Positions 1 through 9,340 of a stretch of 32,000 nt of DNA are shown one piece after another; positions within the stretch are counted from its first letter, which is position 1, and each line of letters opens with the position of its first letter. The notes beneath the pieces were generated by a model. It did not search any database. It saw only the letters and a list, made by a program, of their open reading frames with translations, and was not told the DNA's origin. The stretch is from NCBI GenBank assembly GCA_021498095.1, contig JAIZWK010000001.1, positions 840,001 to 872,000 of the forward strand, written 5' to 3'. This DNA is from Candidatus Harpocratesius repetitus. GTDB lineage: Archaea; Asgardarchaeota; Lokiarchaeia; Sigyniarchaeales; Promethearchaeaceae. A program made the position numbers and the translations under genes.

Positions 1-2
1 TT

Positions 3-2801
3 ATTATTTATCTTATTGCTGCTATTATTATGTTTATTTTCGGAATTGTTACTGGTGAGGGAAATATGACAATGATTTACACAACTTTGGCTATCGTTGG
101 ATTGAATTCTATAGTTGCTGTTGTTCAACAAGCCAGAGCTGTTAAAAAATTAAAAGCTTTACGCGCTTTATCCGCTCCAACTTGTGTAGTAATACGTGAA
201 GGGCAAAAAATGGATATTCCCACAACTGATGTTGTTCGAGGAGATATTCTAATTTTGGATACAGGTGCCAGAATTCCCGCTGATTGTCGTATTTTAGAAT
301 CAAGCAATTTGCAAGTTAATGAAGCTTCATTAACAGGCGAAAGCGAACTTGTGGCGAAAAATCATGGTGAAGCTCTACTTAATTTATATAAACCTCGTCC
401 TCTTTCTAATATTTCTCCAAAAGATTCTGAAATTTCTCCAAAAGATTCTAAAATGGTTCAAAGTTCTTTACCCTTACAAGCGCAATCCAATATTCTTTTC
501 TTTGGGACTTATATTACCTCGGGGAATTGTCGTGCAGTGGTTTATGCAACCGGTGTTCATACAGAATTAGGGAAAATTTCCCATAAGTTAGAAGAGCAGG
601 GTTTCCAAGAAATACCAATACAAGTAAAATTGAACCATATCGGTAAATGGTTTGGTATTGGAGTTATGACGTTTTGGGCAATTGTGTTGGGAATCATCTA
701 TTTTACGACCGGACGGGTTGAAATTATCAAAAGTTTAAACTCTGCGATGGATATAATGCCTATCAATATTCCCCTTCTCACAACTATCGTAATGCTTTCT
801 GGGACTCTTGCCATGGCCAATCAAGGAGTAATTGTTAGAAATCTCACATCTGTAGAAAGTTTAGGTAGGGTTAGTGTCGTTTGTAGCGATAAAACTGGGA
901 CTTTAACTAAAGGAGAAATGTGTGTGCAACATATCTGGGCTCGAGGATCGCACTTTATGGTAACTGGTAGTGGATATAATCCTAAAGGAGATTTTTTTCT
1001 TACCGATAATCCGAAAAGACCCGAAAAGATCGAAAATATTCAAGAATATCCGCATTTACAATTATTACTAGCAAATTGCTTGTGGAATAATAATGCATCC
1101 GTTCAAATTCAAAATATTGAAATTGGAAAAAAGACCTCATCCAGATGGACGATAATTGGCACTCCAACAGAAGGAGCTTTAGCTACATTGATAAAAAAGG
1201 TAGGTGATCCAGCAGTTATTAATGATTTTTCAAATCCACCTGTTTCAGTGGTGCATGAATTTGGTTTTTCTTCTCAACTAAAACGCATGACAAAAATTTT
1301 ACAAACCACTGATAAATCCTACATCAGCTTTACAAAAGGTGCCAGTGAAGTCGTTTTATCCCTCTGTGATAGATTATTAGCCGAAGAAAATAGTGCAGTT
1401 CCATTTATTGATGAACTACGATTGGTTATTATGAATCGTATTAATATATTTGAAAGTCAAGGTTATAGAATACTTAGTTTTGCCTATAAAAGGTTTAACA
1501 ATCTTCCATCTGATGATTTGGATACACCTAAAATTAGAGAAGATATTGAGTCAAATTTAATATTTATTGGCTTTGTTGCAATTATGGATTCTCCACGTAA
1601 TGGAATAAAGGAAGCAATTCAATCTTGCTATAATGCTGGTGTTGATGTTGTTATGATCACTGGTGATAGTCTGCCAACAGCAAAGGCTATTGCTGCTCAA
1701 ATTGGAATGTCTGCTTTATCTCCTAATAATGTGCATTTGGGAGGTCTTGAATCAATATTTTCTGATACTAATAAAATACCAAATATTTCTCAAATTAAGG
1801 TTTTTGCTCGTGTTTCTCCTTTGAATAAGCAAGAAATTGTTGAAGCATATCATAAACATGATAAAATTGTGGCAATGACGGGTGATGGTGTTAATGATGC
1901 TTTGGCTTTACATGATGCTGATGTTGGTATTGCCATGGGGATTCAAGGAACGGATATTGCGAAAGAGGCAGCCGATATGATCCTTTCTGATGATAATTTC
2001 GTTACATTAGTTGAAGGTATTAAACTAGGTAGAGGGATTTTTTCAAATATTCGATCTTTGGTGTTCTTCTTCATTTGTATCAATTTATTTGAAGGAATCG
2101 TTCAATTTATATTGGCAGTTATTCTCAACCTACCTTATTTTTTAAACGAAGAATTCTATTTCCAATGGGTGTTTCTTTCTCTCACAGTTCATATGTTTCC
2201 TGGGTTGATGTTAACATTTGATCGAATTTCATCTGATATCATGCATGAAAAACCTCGAGATTCCCAAGAAATTCTTTCCCGACATGTTCTTTTACTTCTT
2301 CTTGTTTATGGAATTTTATTAAGTGTTTCTATGTTAAGTATATATTTCTTAGTTCATACAGGTGTTTATTCTAACGCTCAAAATGATTTTTTTGGAAGAT
2401 GGAATATTTATTATTTATTTACCCCTGAAACTTATGATCTTTGGAAGAATGTGGATTTTACTAACGCTAAAACTTTAACTATGTTGATGACAACGCTTTT
2501 TATTTGTGAAACCTCGTTAGCACTCCAAATTCGTCGTCCAAATAAATCCTTGTTTCATAGTTTGAGAGAAGATATTAATCCTGTTGTGATTTCAGTTCTT
2601 TGTTTTTTATTTGGTTTATTTATATTCGCTTTATATTTTCCTGGATTTCAGATTTGGATGCTTAAAAAGGGTATTTCTTTAAATTTTGTTCCAATGAACC
2701 TTATTGATTGGCTTGTTTCGATAGGAATTGCTTTTGGCATTTGCATTCTTCCCTTTGAAGGTGTCAAATGGTTCTATCGTCGCCGTGAAGTATATTTTTA
2801 A
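3..2801 (+). CDS. P-type ATPase, P2A-like scaffold with non-canonical transport site (5'-partial)
   Basis: TGES actuator motif, DKTGT phosphorylation motif (Asp codon at 888), KGA, MITGD and TGDGVND motifs, and multiple hydrophobic helices. The frame is open upstream of ATG 30 (IIYLIAAIIM), so the gene starts before the window. TM4 reads PINIP instead of PEGLP. Confidence 0.93.
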   Translation: MIYLIAAIIMFIFGIVTGEGNMTMIYTTLAIVGLNSIVAVVQQARAVKKLKALRALSAPTCVVIREGQKMDIPTTDVVRGDILILDTGARIPADCRILESSNLQVNEASLTGESELVAKNHGEALLNLYKPRPLSNISPKDSEISPKDSKMVQSSLPLQAQSNILFFGTYITSGNCRAVVYATGVHTELGKISHKLEEQGFQEIPIQVKLNHIGKWFGIGVMTFWAIVLGIIYFTTGRVEIIKSLNSAMDIMPINIPLLTTIVMLSGTLAMANQGVIVRNLTSVESLGRVSVVCSDKTGTLTKGEMCVQHIWARGSHFMVTGSGYNPKGDFFLTDNPKRPEKIENIQEYPHLQLLLANCLWNNNASVQIQNIEIGKKTSSRWTIIGTPTEGALATLIKKVGDPAVINDFSNPPVSVVHEFGFSSQLKRMTKILQTTDKSYISFTKGASEVVLSLCDRLLAEENSAVPFIDELRLVIMNRINIFESQGYRILSFAYKRFNNLPSDDLDTPKIREDIESNLIFIGFVAIMDSPRNGIKEAIQSCYNAGVDVVMITGDSLPTAKAIAAQIGMSALSPNNVHLGGLESIFSDTNKIPNISQIKVFARVSPLNKQEIVEAYHKHDKIVAMTGDGVNDALALHDADVGIAMGIQGTDIAKEAADMILSDDNFVTLVEGIKLGRGIFSNIRSLVFFFICINLFEGIVQFILAVILNLPYFLNEEFYFQWVFLSLTVHMFPGLMLTFDRISSDIMHEKPRDSQEILSRHVLLLLLVYGILLSVSMLSIYFLVHTGVYSNAQNDFFGRWNIYYLFTPETYDLWKNVDFTNAKTLTMLMTTLFICETSLALQIRRPNKSLFHSLREDINPVVISVLCFLFGLFIFALYFPGFQIWMLKKGISLNFVPMNLIDWLVSIGIAFGICILPFEGVKWFYRRREVYF
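411..452 (+). repeat. 21-nt tandem duplication (ISPKDSE/ISPKDSK) in the P-type ATPase actuator loop
   Basis: atttctccaaaagattctgaa is followed directly by atttctccaaaagattctaaa (20/21 identical), in frame. Confidence 0.9.
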
Positions 2802-2928
2802 TATAGATGATCAAAAAAGTCCATTTTTTCACACTTTCTTAAATCAAATGCGATAAAGTGTTCATCTAACCGATGTTCATCTATCATCTATTAACACTAA
2901 TTGGATACAACGCTGTAAAATAAAAAGA

Positions 2929-3156
2929 TTAAAAAGAGTGAGGGTCAAAAAGGGGTATTACTCTTGTTTTTTTCAAGTACCATGTATCTATCTCCAATTC
3001 CCTTTCTTGGTTAAGTGCCTGGTTAATTTGAGAGTGAATACATTGGAAAGGGATAATTATTTTTTTATTAAATTGAGGAAATTCTACCACAGCACGATGT
3101 TTTTGAATGTCTCTTATTATTCCAGATAATTTTGTATGATCATTTCCATAGGGCAT
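2929..3156 (-). CDS. small hypothetical protein (~75 aa, probably beta-rich)
   Basis: Fills the gap between the convergent ATPase and the divergent aminopeptidase. ATG at 3156 (track start 3159 is TTG). Protein-like composition; no family recognised. Confidence 0.55.
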   Translation of the reverse strand: MPYGNDHTKLSGIIRDIQKHRAVVEFPQFNKKIIIPFQCIHSQINQALNQERELEIDTWYLKKTRVIPLFDPHSF

Positions 3157-3524
3157 CAATTTTCATTTCACTCTCCAAAACAGCAAAATTTTGAATATAT
3201 TTCTTAATTTTTGCATAAATATGTTAAGATATGTGGATCTGTTAAGTTTTGTTTGTTCTATTTTTTACTTAAATTTCCCTATTAGGGGAACATTAAATAA
3301 AGTTATCTTGTAAACAATATATCTAATAACAATAGATACTACTATACTCTTAGAATTTTACCTCATTTAAACATTTCTTGCATCATTCTGTCGATTGACA
3401 AAATTCGACATAATCATGCGCTTTTAGAATTAATTCCAGTAATTCTTAATTGAAGGAATTAACAGTAGAGAAGATTTTAATATTAACAGATGCTTATCCA
3501 ATTACTTTAGTTATTTCTTTTGAG

Positions 3525-6029
3525 ATGAAAACTATGAGTCAGATTAAACCCACCCATTATTGGGTTCATTTGGAACCTGATCTGAAGCTGTTTACATTTC
3601 ACGGATTAACCCGTATTGATTTTTCGCTTTCTGAATCAACAACAGAAATCCGTCTAAATGCTAAAGAGTTAAAGATCTTAAAAATAAAATTGAATCTTTC
3701 TTCTAAATCTGAAGAAATTGGTTGTTCCTTTGAACTCCAACCAGAAAAAGAAGAATTGGTTATAAAGGCTGATAATCTTATCCAAGGAGTATATTCAATG
3801 GAGATCGAATTTGATGGAACTCTTAATGATATGCTTTACGGATTTTACCGCAGCAGGCTAACTTATAATGGTAAAGTTACCTACATGGCAACTACTCAAT
3901 TTGAGGAAAGGGACGCACGTGCCGCTTTTCCCTGCTTTGATGAACCTGCCTTAAAAGCAACCTTTGATCTCGAATTCCTAATTCCAGAAAATCTTAAAGC
4001 AGTAGCCAATACTGATATTTTAGAAGAAAAATCACTTCCTGAAGGTAAAAAAATTGTTAAATTTGAGCGTACTCCCATTATGAGTACATATTTGCTTTAT
4101 TTCGGCGTGGGTGAATTTGAATTCTTAGAAGATTCGAGTAAGTCACCAAAATTACGTATTGTAGCTCCCCCGGGAAAGGCGCAATATGGAAAATTCGCTT
4201 TAGATATAGCTCGAAAATCATTTGATTACGGAGAAAAATTCTTCCAAGCACCTTATCCAATCTCGAAATGTGATTTTATTGTAGTAGAAGATTTTGCGGC
4301 TGGAGCCATGGAAAATTATGGAGCTATCACCTTTCGGGAAAATTTATTGCTTGCTTACCCTAATAAAACATCTAAACCTCAAATGGTTGCAATTGCAGCA
4401 GTTGTGGCTCATGAAATCACCCATATGTGGTTTGGAGATTTAGTTTCGCCCGCTCGATGGAAATACATCTGGTTGAATGAGTCTTTTGCAACATATTTCA
4501 CCTCTGCCATTCCCGATTATTATTTTCCTGAATGGAAATCATGGGAATCTTTAATAGGTGGTCGAGGTTTAGGTGGTTTTGCAAGAGACGCCTTAAAATC
4601 AACTGTTCCTATTGAATTACCTGGAGATCAAGAAATTAACATAGATGCATCAAGTGCTCCTATCATATATGCCAAAGGTGCACTTATTATGCGCATTTTA
4701 GAAGGATACATTGGTGAAGAAAAATTCTTCCAAGGAATTCGTCATTTTCTTCAAAAATTTGCCTTTAATTCTGCCACCAGTGATGATTGTTGGGCTGCAT
4801 TTGAAGAAGCCACAAATGAACCTATTACAGAATTTGCAAATTCTTGGGTGAAACAAGAAGGTTATCCATTTATCACAGTATCTCAAGAAGAAAATACAGT
4901 TATTCTTGAACAACATCGCTTTACCATGCTCCCCATGGAAAGTCAAGCCATTTGGTTCATCCCACTAAAAATTAGAGTATTTAAAGAGGATGGAACTGAT
5001 GAAATTTTGAAATTTGTTATGAAATCGCAAACTTTTCAGTTTGATTTACCCTCAGATGTAGTTACGTTCAAACTTAATGCAGATCAAACAGGATTTTATC
5101 GCGTAAAATATTCAGTAGAACATTTCCGTAAATTGGGTGAATTTGCCAAATCTAAGCAATTGAATGTATACGATCGCTTTGGACTTCAAAATGATTATTT
5201 CAATTTCATGCAGAGGGGAGATTATTCAATTGAGGATTACCTTGCTTTTTTACGCGATTATTATAGTGAAGAATCCAGCGCATTAGGGTTGTCAAATATA
5301 GCATCCAACCTAGTTAGACTTGAGTTATTAGCACCTGGATTTGTAGAAAAAATAAAAGAAACCGGCCGACTTATAGCAGAAAATGGATTAGAATTAATAG
5401 GTTATCTTCCTAAAACTGAAGAAATTGCTATGATTTCCCAAACTAGGAATGATTTACTATGGATGGGTGGTCATTTTGGGTCTGAAAAAATAAAGACATT
5501 TGCATCAAAATATTTCCAAACTGTACTTGCAGGAGAAACTATCTCACCTGATATTTTCCAAAGTATCGTTCGTTTAGGTGCTGAACAATTTCCAGATGCC
5601 TGGGACTATATGGAAAGTCAAGTAACCGATCCTAATGTCCCTGAAGCAGTAAAACAATATTGGTTAGCTGCATTTGGAAGTTTTAATGATCCAAACTTGC
5701 TTAAAAAAGCATTAGATCTTAATCTCACTAAAATTCCAAAATTGAATCGCGCTCAGATTCTTATAATGGTCGCACGAAATCCTATAGCAAAAGATTGGAT
5801 TTGGAAATATTATCATTCCAATTTTCAGCAACTAATGAAAGAATTACCTAAATCTGTTTTAGGAAACACTCTCGCCATGATTCCTCCAATAGGTGCGTTA
5901 ACCGATAAAGAAGATGTTCTTTCTTTCCTTGACCAAATTGGAAAAATGGTTCCTCCAGCGAGGGGTGTTGCAGAAATGGCGGCTGAAATTGCTGAATTAT
6001 ATTCTACCTTTTATAACAAACACAAATAG
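3525..6029 (+). CDS. M1 family Zn aminopeptidase (aminopeptidase N / tricorn-interacting factor type)
   Basis: GAMEN exopeptidase motif, HEITH-x18-E zinc motif, ARAAFPCFDEP and YAKGA motifs. Start is probably ATG 3525 or 3534 rather than TTG 3450. No obvious signal peptide. Confidence 0.95.
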   Translation: MKTMSQIKPTHYWVHLEPDLKLFTFHGLTRIDFSLSESTTEIRLNAKELKILKIKLNLSSKSEEIGCSFELQPEKEELVIKADNLIQGVYSMEIEFDGTLNDMLYGFYRSRLTYNGKVTYMATTQFEERDARAAFPCFDEPALKATFDLEFLIPENLKAVANTDILEEKSLPEGKKIVKFERTPIMSTYLLYFGVGEFEFLEDSSKSPKLRIVAPPGKAQYGKFALDIARKSFDYGEKFFQAPYPISKCDFIVVEDFAAGAMENYGAITFRENLLLAYPNKTSKPQMVAIAAVVAHEITHMWFGDLVSPARWKYIWLNESFATYFTSAIPDYYFPEWKSWESLIGGRGLGGFARDALKSTVPIELPGDQEINIDASSAPIIYAKGALIMRILEGYIGEEKFFQGIRHFLQKFAFNSATSDDCWAAFEEATNEPITEFANSWVKQEGYPFITVSQEENTVILEQHRFTMLPMESQAIWFIPLKIRVFKEDGTDEILKFVMKSQTFQFDLPSDVVTFKLNADQTGFYRVKYSVEHFRKLGEFAKSKQLNVYDRFGLQNDYFNFMQRGDYSIEDYLAFLRDYYSEESSALGLSNIASNLVRLELLAPGFVEKIKETGRLIAENGLELIGYLPKTEEIAMISQTRNDLLWMGGHFGSEKIKTFASKYFQTVLAGETISPDIFQSIVRLGAEQFPDAWDYMESQVTDPNVPEAVKQYWLAAFGSFNDPNLLKKALDLNLTKIPKLNRAQILIMVARNPIAKDWIWKYYHSNFQQLMKELPKSVLGNTLAMIPPIGALTDKEDVLSFLDQIGKMVPPARGVAEMAAEIAELYSTFYNKHK

Positions 6030-6161
6030 TTCAACCATTCTCACTATTTTTCTTTTTCTTTTTATTTATTATTTACCTAATTCAGTTATTTATTTTGTGT
6101 TGATAAGTTTGATTCTTTCCCCCATTTTTGTTTGATTCTTTATAGGAACTTGTCTAGTTAT

Positions 6162-6905
6162 CTAAATAACTTTTCGACCAACTTCCTTTATTTGAAATTG
6201 ACAATGATCATTACCAGTCGCAAAACATTCCAACTCTTTAATCTCATATTCTTTTCCAAATTTTTTTTCAAATAAAGTAGTAAAAAAACCTTCATCTAGT
6301 TTACAAACTGGTCGTCCTAAATTTGGTAAATGAGAACATTCAAAACATTCATAAACATTAAAAATAATTCTCGATGGTTCGAATCTCAATTCGTCAATAA
6401 TTCCAAATCCATTTCTTTTCCAGAAACGAGATATTTCTTCTAATAATGCTTCTTCTTCTTCAGAAAAAAATAAACCTTCAAATTTATCACCTAATTGTTT
6501 TCCCACAATATAATGTATCTCTTCTGCCTTAGGAACACGCGCATCAATTATTGTCGTAAAGGTATTAAATAATGTTTTAATAATTTTCGACGAATCATCA
6601 TTTTGAGTTATTTTACGGTCTCGAAACATATTTTCTATTATTTCATTTGAAAGTTGAAGTGAATCCCCAAATTCTTTTCCTCTGATGTTTAATTCTTTAT
6701 CAAAGTAAAGGGTGACAGAATGAGCCGGATTTCCATGAATATAACGAAAAGTAAAGGGATAATGCTCATGAGGTTTACTAAATACTGAATCGGGAATTAG
6801 GAACTCGATATTTGAATTACATTGAGGACAAAATAATTTTACATAATGTTTTTCTTTGTTGTATTTAAACATACAAATCTTTTGGAAATTTATACTTAAA
6901 AGCAT
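6162..6905 (-). CDS. V4R (4-vinyl reductase) domain protein with N-terminal CxxC/His domain
   Basis: C-terminal ECFEC...PVC...G...ELECFATGNDHCQF is the V4R pattern. N-terminus has CPQC and IHGNPAH. Alternative start ATG 6872. Confidence 0.8.
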   Translation of the reverse strand: MLLSINFQKICMFKYNKEKHYVKLFCPQCNSNIEFLIPDSVFSKPHEHYPFTFRYIHGNPAHSVTLYFDKELNIRGKEFGDSLQLSNEIIENMFRDRKITQNDDSSKIIKTLFNTFTTIIDARVPKAEEIHYIVGKQLGDKFEGLFFSEEEEALLEEISRFWKRNGFGIIDELRFEPSRIIFNVYECFECSHLPNLGRPVCKLDEGFFTTLFEKKFGKEYEIKELECFATGNDHCQFQIKEVGRKVI

Positions 6906-6971
6906 TCCTAAAATAAAATATGTGTCTACCTATACGAACAAGATGATTAAAACGAGTTTTATTAAGATAGA

Positions 6972-7044
6972 TGGGCGCATCCTGGTTTGAACAGGAGACC
7001 CCTTGAACGTAAATCAAGTGTAATAACCACTATACTATGCGCCC
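6972..7044 (-). tRNA. tRNA-Val (anticodon UAC), 73 nt, no intron, CCA not encoded
   Basis: Reverse complement folds as a cloverleaf: acceptor GGGCGCA/TGCGCCC, D arm GTAT-AGTGGTTA-TTAC, anticodon stem CTTGA/TCAAG with loop TT-TAC-GT, T arm TCCTG-TTCAAAC-CAGGA, discriminator A. Confidence 0.95.
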
Positions 7045-7114
7045 TTAGGTTACTGATACATTTAAGGTATTAATTAAAAATAATATAGAATAGATTAAAT
7101 TTTTTTCTATTAAC

Positions 7115-9271
7115 TCATGGTTCGTTTGTTTGAAAATGCAGTTTTATTTCTGTAGATAATTCTTGAGCTGAAGCCGGGATAAAAGTGATGAATTGATAAA
7201 CCCAAGGTAATAGATGTTTTTGATATTCAAGAATCTGGCCGTCATAAAATAGTAGTATTGCGTGTTGAGAATTGTTAAATGGGGCAAAAGAACAAATTGC
7301 ATGTATTTTGAAAAATGCTTGGGATAAAGAATAAATTTGGGCCATCCGTGCATCATATTTACGTGTTAAGTATTTTTTACGGCGAAGAAGTCGAAGTGTC
7401 GAAGATTCAAATGGGAAAGAAATGAAAGAGAACACATCAAAGTAAGGTAATATGTGTAAAAGTTCAGTAAGAGAAATTTGAGAAAGATCCACTAATAAAA
7501 TATACTTTTTAGCATCAGAATATGTTTTATTGGATTCTTTTCTCATTTTGTTTAGATTTTCCAGCCATTTTAATATATAAGGAAATGTGTTGTTTTGATG
7601 AGATTCCCACCTCTTTACAGAATAATGCAATTTTTCTAAGCGCGGGATTAATTTATTCGAGAGTATTTCTTTAAATTGATGAGGATTGCTGAAGAAGACG
7701 ATTGTAGGACGATTTATCAATTGTGCATGGTATACCAACTTAGCTGTATATTTTGCTGAAATTACAGAAGAATAACGGGCTAGAAATGGGGTTATGGATG
7801 TATCTCCCCATACCTTAATTCGATCTTGGCTGATTTCGACAGGTAAAGATCGGATCTGAAAGCCTTTGGAGAGACTACCTAATCCTGTTATAGCTAAGTA
7901 AGATCGAACATCTAAGCTTGGAGATATTGAAATACTGCTAAATGCATTCTGGAATAGGGGATCACTGTAAAGTCGAATATCCATTAAATTCATGTGAAGT
8001 GTCGATGTTAATGGCGATATTGATTTTAATGATGAAGAAGAGGTTGATGATAGCGAGGAGGTTGATGATGAAGGTGTTAATAATGATGTTGATGTTGATA
8101 CTGTTCTTTCATTTGAAATCTCAATTGTAAATGCGTAGGGCAAGGTTGGAGTAGTTCTCTGCTGAATTACAACAAAAAAATAATTAAATAGAGCCAAAAA
8201 AGTTGAAAATATGGAAGAATCTTTAATAAAGGTGGAATCTGTTAGTAAAAATTTGAAATGATTGTGAAGAATACTTGCCAATCGATCGAAAGAACACTTA
8301 TGCTTTTCACAAAGATTAAATAGAAAATCAATAGGGCGAAATTGGAATTCTTCAGTTATTGGCATGGATTTTACTTTTGGTTGTTTTAGTGAATATGAAT
8401 TTGGATACGATTGAAAAGACTTTATATATTTTAGGAATAAGCTTAGAAATTTCGCAAAAAATCTATATTGAGTGACAGTTGGTGCATTTGACTTTAAATC
8501 TATAAGATAATTATAAAGTAATTCAATTTTCGATGTTTGAAGATGAATGGAATAATTGTTCAGAAGGTAATTATGAATTTGGTGGCAATCATCTAATATA
8601 AGGATAGAATTTTCAATGGATCCTATATTTTTAAAAAAACCTGGTTGGAGTGGATGAAAAGAAAATAAATCATCATAGGTAATGAAAATAATGCTCATTT
8701 CAGAAATAAAGTATTTAAGAATTTGTGAAATCGGAAGATTATTGGCTTCAGTAATATAGAATTGAATAATTTGCTGAAAGTCAAATTGGTGAACTGCGCA
8801 ATTTTCAGAGAAAGAATCGAATAAAGTCGAGATTTTTGATTTAATTTGAAGCATCTGTGATGAGGTAATAATTTGTTCTTCATTGATCTTTTTTTGAAAT
8901 TTCTTTCCTAAAATAGATTGTAATTGTGAATGATATCCGCATAAATCACAAATAAGAACTGAACTGAATAAAGATTCATCCATTGTTCTTAGACTTTGTA
9001 GGATTTGCTTTTTTTTAGATAAATCACTCAAAACAAAAACTAAATGCTTATGGTATTGTAAAATCATTGGTAGAGTTGCTTGAAATATTATTTCGTATCG
9101 GGAATGCTGCGGAGGAGCATAAAATAGTATATTTTTCTGTGCAGGGATATCATTCTGTAAAAAATTTACCACCCTATTAACATCGGGTGTTTTAACGATA
9201 GGTTCTATGAATGAATGAGAATTGATTTCACCATGTTCTGAAATAATAAAGTCAGTTACTCGATCAGCCAT
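7115..9271 (-). CDS. degenerate XPD/Rad3/DinG-like helicase homologue (probable pseudo-ATPase)
   Basis: Motif order resembles DinG/XPD, but Walker A reads FYAPPQHSRYE (no GxGKT), Walker B reads LILDDCHQI (for DEAHN) and motif III reads SISPSL (for TSGTL). Contains a Ser/Thr-rich insert. Confidence 0.6.
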   Translation of the reverse strand: MADRVTDFIISEHGEINSHSFIEPIVKTPDVNRVVNFLQNDIPAQKNILFYAPPQHSRYEIIFQATLPMILQYHKHLVFVLSDLSKKKQILQSLRTMDESLFSSVLICDLCGYHSQLQSILGKKFQKKINEEQIITSSQMLQIKSKISTLFDSFSENCAVHQFDFQQIIQFYITEANNLPISQILKYFISEMSIIFITYDDLFSFHPLQPGFFKNIGSIENSILILDDCHQIHNYLLNNYSIHLQTSKIELLYNYLIDLKSNAPTVTQYRFFAKFLSLFLKYIKSFQSYPNSYSLKQPKVKSMPITEEFQFRPIDFLFNLCEKHKCSFDRLASILHNHFKFLLTDSTFIKDSSIFSTFLALFNYFFVVIQQRTTPTLPYAFTIEISNERTVSTSTSLLTPSSSTSSLSSTSSSSLKSISPLTSTLHMNLMDIRLYSDPLFQNAFSSISISPSLDVRSYLAITGLGSLSKGFQIRSLPVEISQDRIKVWGDTSITPFLARYSSVISAKYTAKLVYHAQLINRPTIVFFSNPHQFKEILSNKLIPRLEKLHYSVKRWESHQNNTFPYILKWLENLNKMRKESNKTYSDAKKYILLVDLSQISLTELLHILPYFDVFSFISFPFESSTLRLLRRKKYLTRKYDARMAQIYSLSQAFFKIHAICSFAPFNNSQHAILLFYDGQILEYQKHLLPWVYQFITFIPASAQELSTEIKLHFQTNEP

Positions 9272-9340
9272 TATTAAGCAGCTAACATTGATTGAAATAA
9301 AAAAATAGCCACACCCATTTTGTTTATTGATTTTTTAAAA

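Noticed and set aside
30-2801. Annotation of the ATPase as a Ca2+ pump or as a true P4 flippase
   Set aside because: Ca2+ site II ligands are missing, but the scaffold is P2A-like (TGES, not the P4 DGET), so neither label is supported.
2859-2891. TGTTCATCTA / TCATCTA direct repeats downstream of the ATPase
   Set aside because: Short, AT-rich and located between convergent gene ends; indistinguishable from slippage duplication.
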